Source: Epiperipatus broadwayi
Taxonomy: Eukaryota > Animalia > Onychophora
Length of the DNA stretch: 64,000 bases
Assembly: GCA_028023455.1 (NCBI GenBank)
Contig: JAQFVV010000007.1
Location: 9,734,001 to 9,798,000, forward strand
Direction: 5' to 3'
A program made the translations under genes and the position numbers. The notes under the pieces are model-generated. The model saw nothing but the letters and a program-made list of their open reading frames with translations. It was not told where the DNA came from and made no database searches. Below, piece after piece: positions 61,727-64,000 of this stretch. Within the stretch, counting starts at the first letter, position 1. Each line of letters opens with the position of its first letter.

Positions 61727-64000
61727 ATATCGAGCAGGGCAAATTCCTAATGTCCACTCCATACGTTATTGTCGTTGCAGCTGTTATTACTATGTGATTA
61801 TTCATATAGTATACGAACATGGATGGGCTGCTCACCAACACGCATTAGCCAGCGTGGTGAGTTTATTGGCTTTTTACCTCTGAGTTTAAGATCAAGAAAC
61901 ACCATGGTCTTTCTTCTCAATGCCTGATAAGGCAGAATGAATGTTTGTGTAAATGATAAATATTTTTCCAATACATATATACAATTATGACAGACAAAAA
62001 TAAAGCATGGCCCTTATTCCCAGGAGGCTGTAAAGTCACCAACCAAGGCAGCGGTTGGTGGCCGAAGGCGGAGGGTGCTAAGAATCCCCTGATTGCGGAC
62101 CCAGGCTGCCATTTGATGACGACTTTTTATTTAGGTACTTACAACTGCAGATCACTTTCAAGTGAAGGAAGATTGCAAGAATTAGAAGAAGAACTGTCTT
62201 ATATTAAATGGGACATTATTGGACTTTGTGAAGTTAGAAAAAAAGGAGAAGAAACAATTGATTTAAAAAGTGGACATATACTCTATTATAAAGGCACACA
62301 TATTGAAAATACAAGTGGAGTAGGATTCATTATAAATAAAAAGTGGAAGAACAATATTGTGGAGATTGATGGTGTATCGGACAGAGTGGCAAGATTAGTT
62401 ATACAAGCAGATACCAAATGCGGATAATTCAGGTTTATGCCCTAACAAGTTCTCATAGTGATGAAGTAGTAGAAGATTTTTATATGGATGTACAAAACGC
62501 TTTTGATCAGAGTAAACAACATTTTAAAATTGTTATGGGAGACTTTAATGCTAGAATTGGTAGACAAATGAAAGATGAAATTGCTGTAGGTAATTTTGGT
62601 TATGGTAATAGAAATGAGAGAGGACATAGACTTGTGGAGTTTGCAGAAAAAGAAAAACTTTATATTATGAATTCATTTTTTGAGAAAAATATTAAAAGGA
62701 AATGGACATGGAAGCATCCAAATGAAGGTACAGCAGAATTGAATTATATTTTGACTAACAGAAAATGCATATTTCAAGATTATAATGTTCCTAATAAATT
62801 TAACACAGGAAGTGATCATCGATTAGTAAGGTGTAAGTTACGTGTTAATGGAAAACTAGAGAGACAAAAATTATTAAGAAAAACTATATTTACAGTTGAT
62901 ATTCCTAATCTTCAGAAACACTCTAATGAATTTAAATTAGAACTTACAAATACGTTTCAAGTGTTAGGAGATTTTGAACATGATTCAGATTTGAATGAAA
63001 TTAATATGAAAATAGCTGATACACTTTTAAAAACTGCAACAAACATACCTGGTAGAAAAAAGCAGCAATTGACTAATAAAATTTCTACTGAGACTAGAGA
63101 ATTTATGAAGAAAAGAAGGAATATGAAGATATACAAAAATGATGTATTAAAAAGAATTGAATATCTCGAATTTTGTAAAACGGTACGGAAAAGAGTTGAA
63201 AATGATATAAGAAAGTATAACTGTGAAATAGCAAGGAAAGCTGTAGAAGAAAATAAAAGTCTCAAAAATGTTAAACAACATTTTGGTATTGGTAGGAAAT
63301 TTATATCTGCAATAAGAAAAAAAGATGGAATTATTACTAAAAAGAGAGATGACATCATGAAATTGGTATAAGATTTTTATCAAGTATTATATAGTAATAA
63401 AGAACAAATACCTCCTATATCTATTACATCTTCTGAATTGCCCAGAATTTTAAATGAAGAAGTGAGACATGCAATTAAGTGTATGAAGAAAGGAAAGGCT
63501 CCAGGAAATGATGGAATTATAATTGATATATTAAAAGAAGCAGGTGAAGAAATAGAAACAATTTTAGCAAAGTTATATACCAAATGTCTAAATGATAAAG
63601 ATGTACCGGAAGATTGGAAGAATGCAGTAATAATATTAATATTTAAAAAAGGTGATAAAGAAGATATTAGAAATTACAGACCTATCAGCCTTTTATCAGT
63701 TTTATATAAAATTTTTACCAAGGTAATTACAACTCGTCTACAGAGAACTTTGGATTTCCACAAACCAAGAGAACAAGCTGGATTTAAAAGTGGTTTTAGT
63801 ACAATAGATCATATCCAGGTATTGAGAGAAGTCATAGAAAGGACAAACGAATATGAGTTGTCATTATGTTTTGGATTTGTAGATTATGAAAAGGCATTTG
63901 ATTCTATACACATTTCTTCAGTGATTAAAGCATTGGATCATCAAGGTATAGATCCAGGATATTGTCATATTTTAAAGAATATTTATAAAAATGCAACAGC
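61727..64000 (+). mobile_element. RTE-clade non-LTR retrotransposon (APE endonuclease plus RT), runs off the window
   Basis: GTYNCRSL, IIGLCEVR, GVGFII, IIQVYA, VMGDFNARIG, SDHRLV, then KAPGNDG, NYRPISLL, EQAGFK, FVDYEKAFDS. Single-ORF layout with a frameshift near 62420 and a stop at 63369-63371. Confidence 0.95.

Noticed and set aside
62957-63583. Minus-strand ORFs over the RTE, and similar ones over both gypsy pol genes and the 49-kb RTE
   Set aside because: Antisense shadows of real coding frames.

Overview
AT-rich eukaryotic genomic DNA, probably an arthropod (inference). The minus strand carries 11 coding exons of a class IA PI3-kinase catalytic subunit most like p110alpha/PIK3CA. They run from the ATG at 50811 down to 1666, give 709 in-frame codons, and the gene continues off the left edge. 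The rest is mobile DNA. There are two related but defective Ty3/gypsy LTR retrotransposons on the plus strand: 29211-37880 lies in the 19.6-kb intron, has both LTRs and is interrupted by a hAT MITE; 52528 to >61726 has its 3' LTR cut by a long RTE-clade LINE that runs off the right edge. Also present are a 5'-truncated RTE copy, decayed LINE fragments, two inverted copies of a TA-flanked Tc1/pogo-type non-autonomous transposon, and a mariner-type relic. The most unusual signal is a dispersed family of minimal, Penelope-type hammerhead ribozyme motifs (CTGAnGA-A-stem II-GAAAC-n-GTH) at six or more intronic or upstream loci. Their stem II sequences differ but stay base-paired, five of the six main loci are fold-back palindromes, and they are repeatedly mutated at the single CpG spanning C11.1-G12 of the catalytic core. 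All structure and similarity calls were made by eye.
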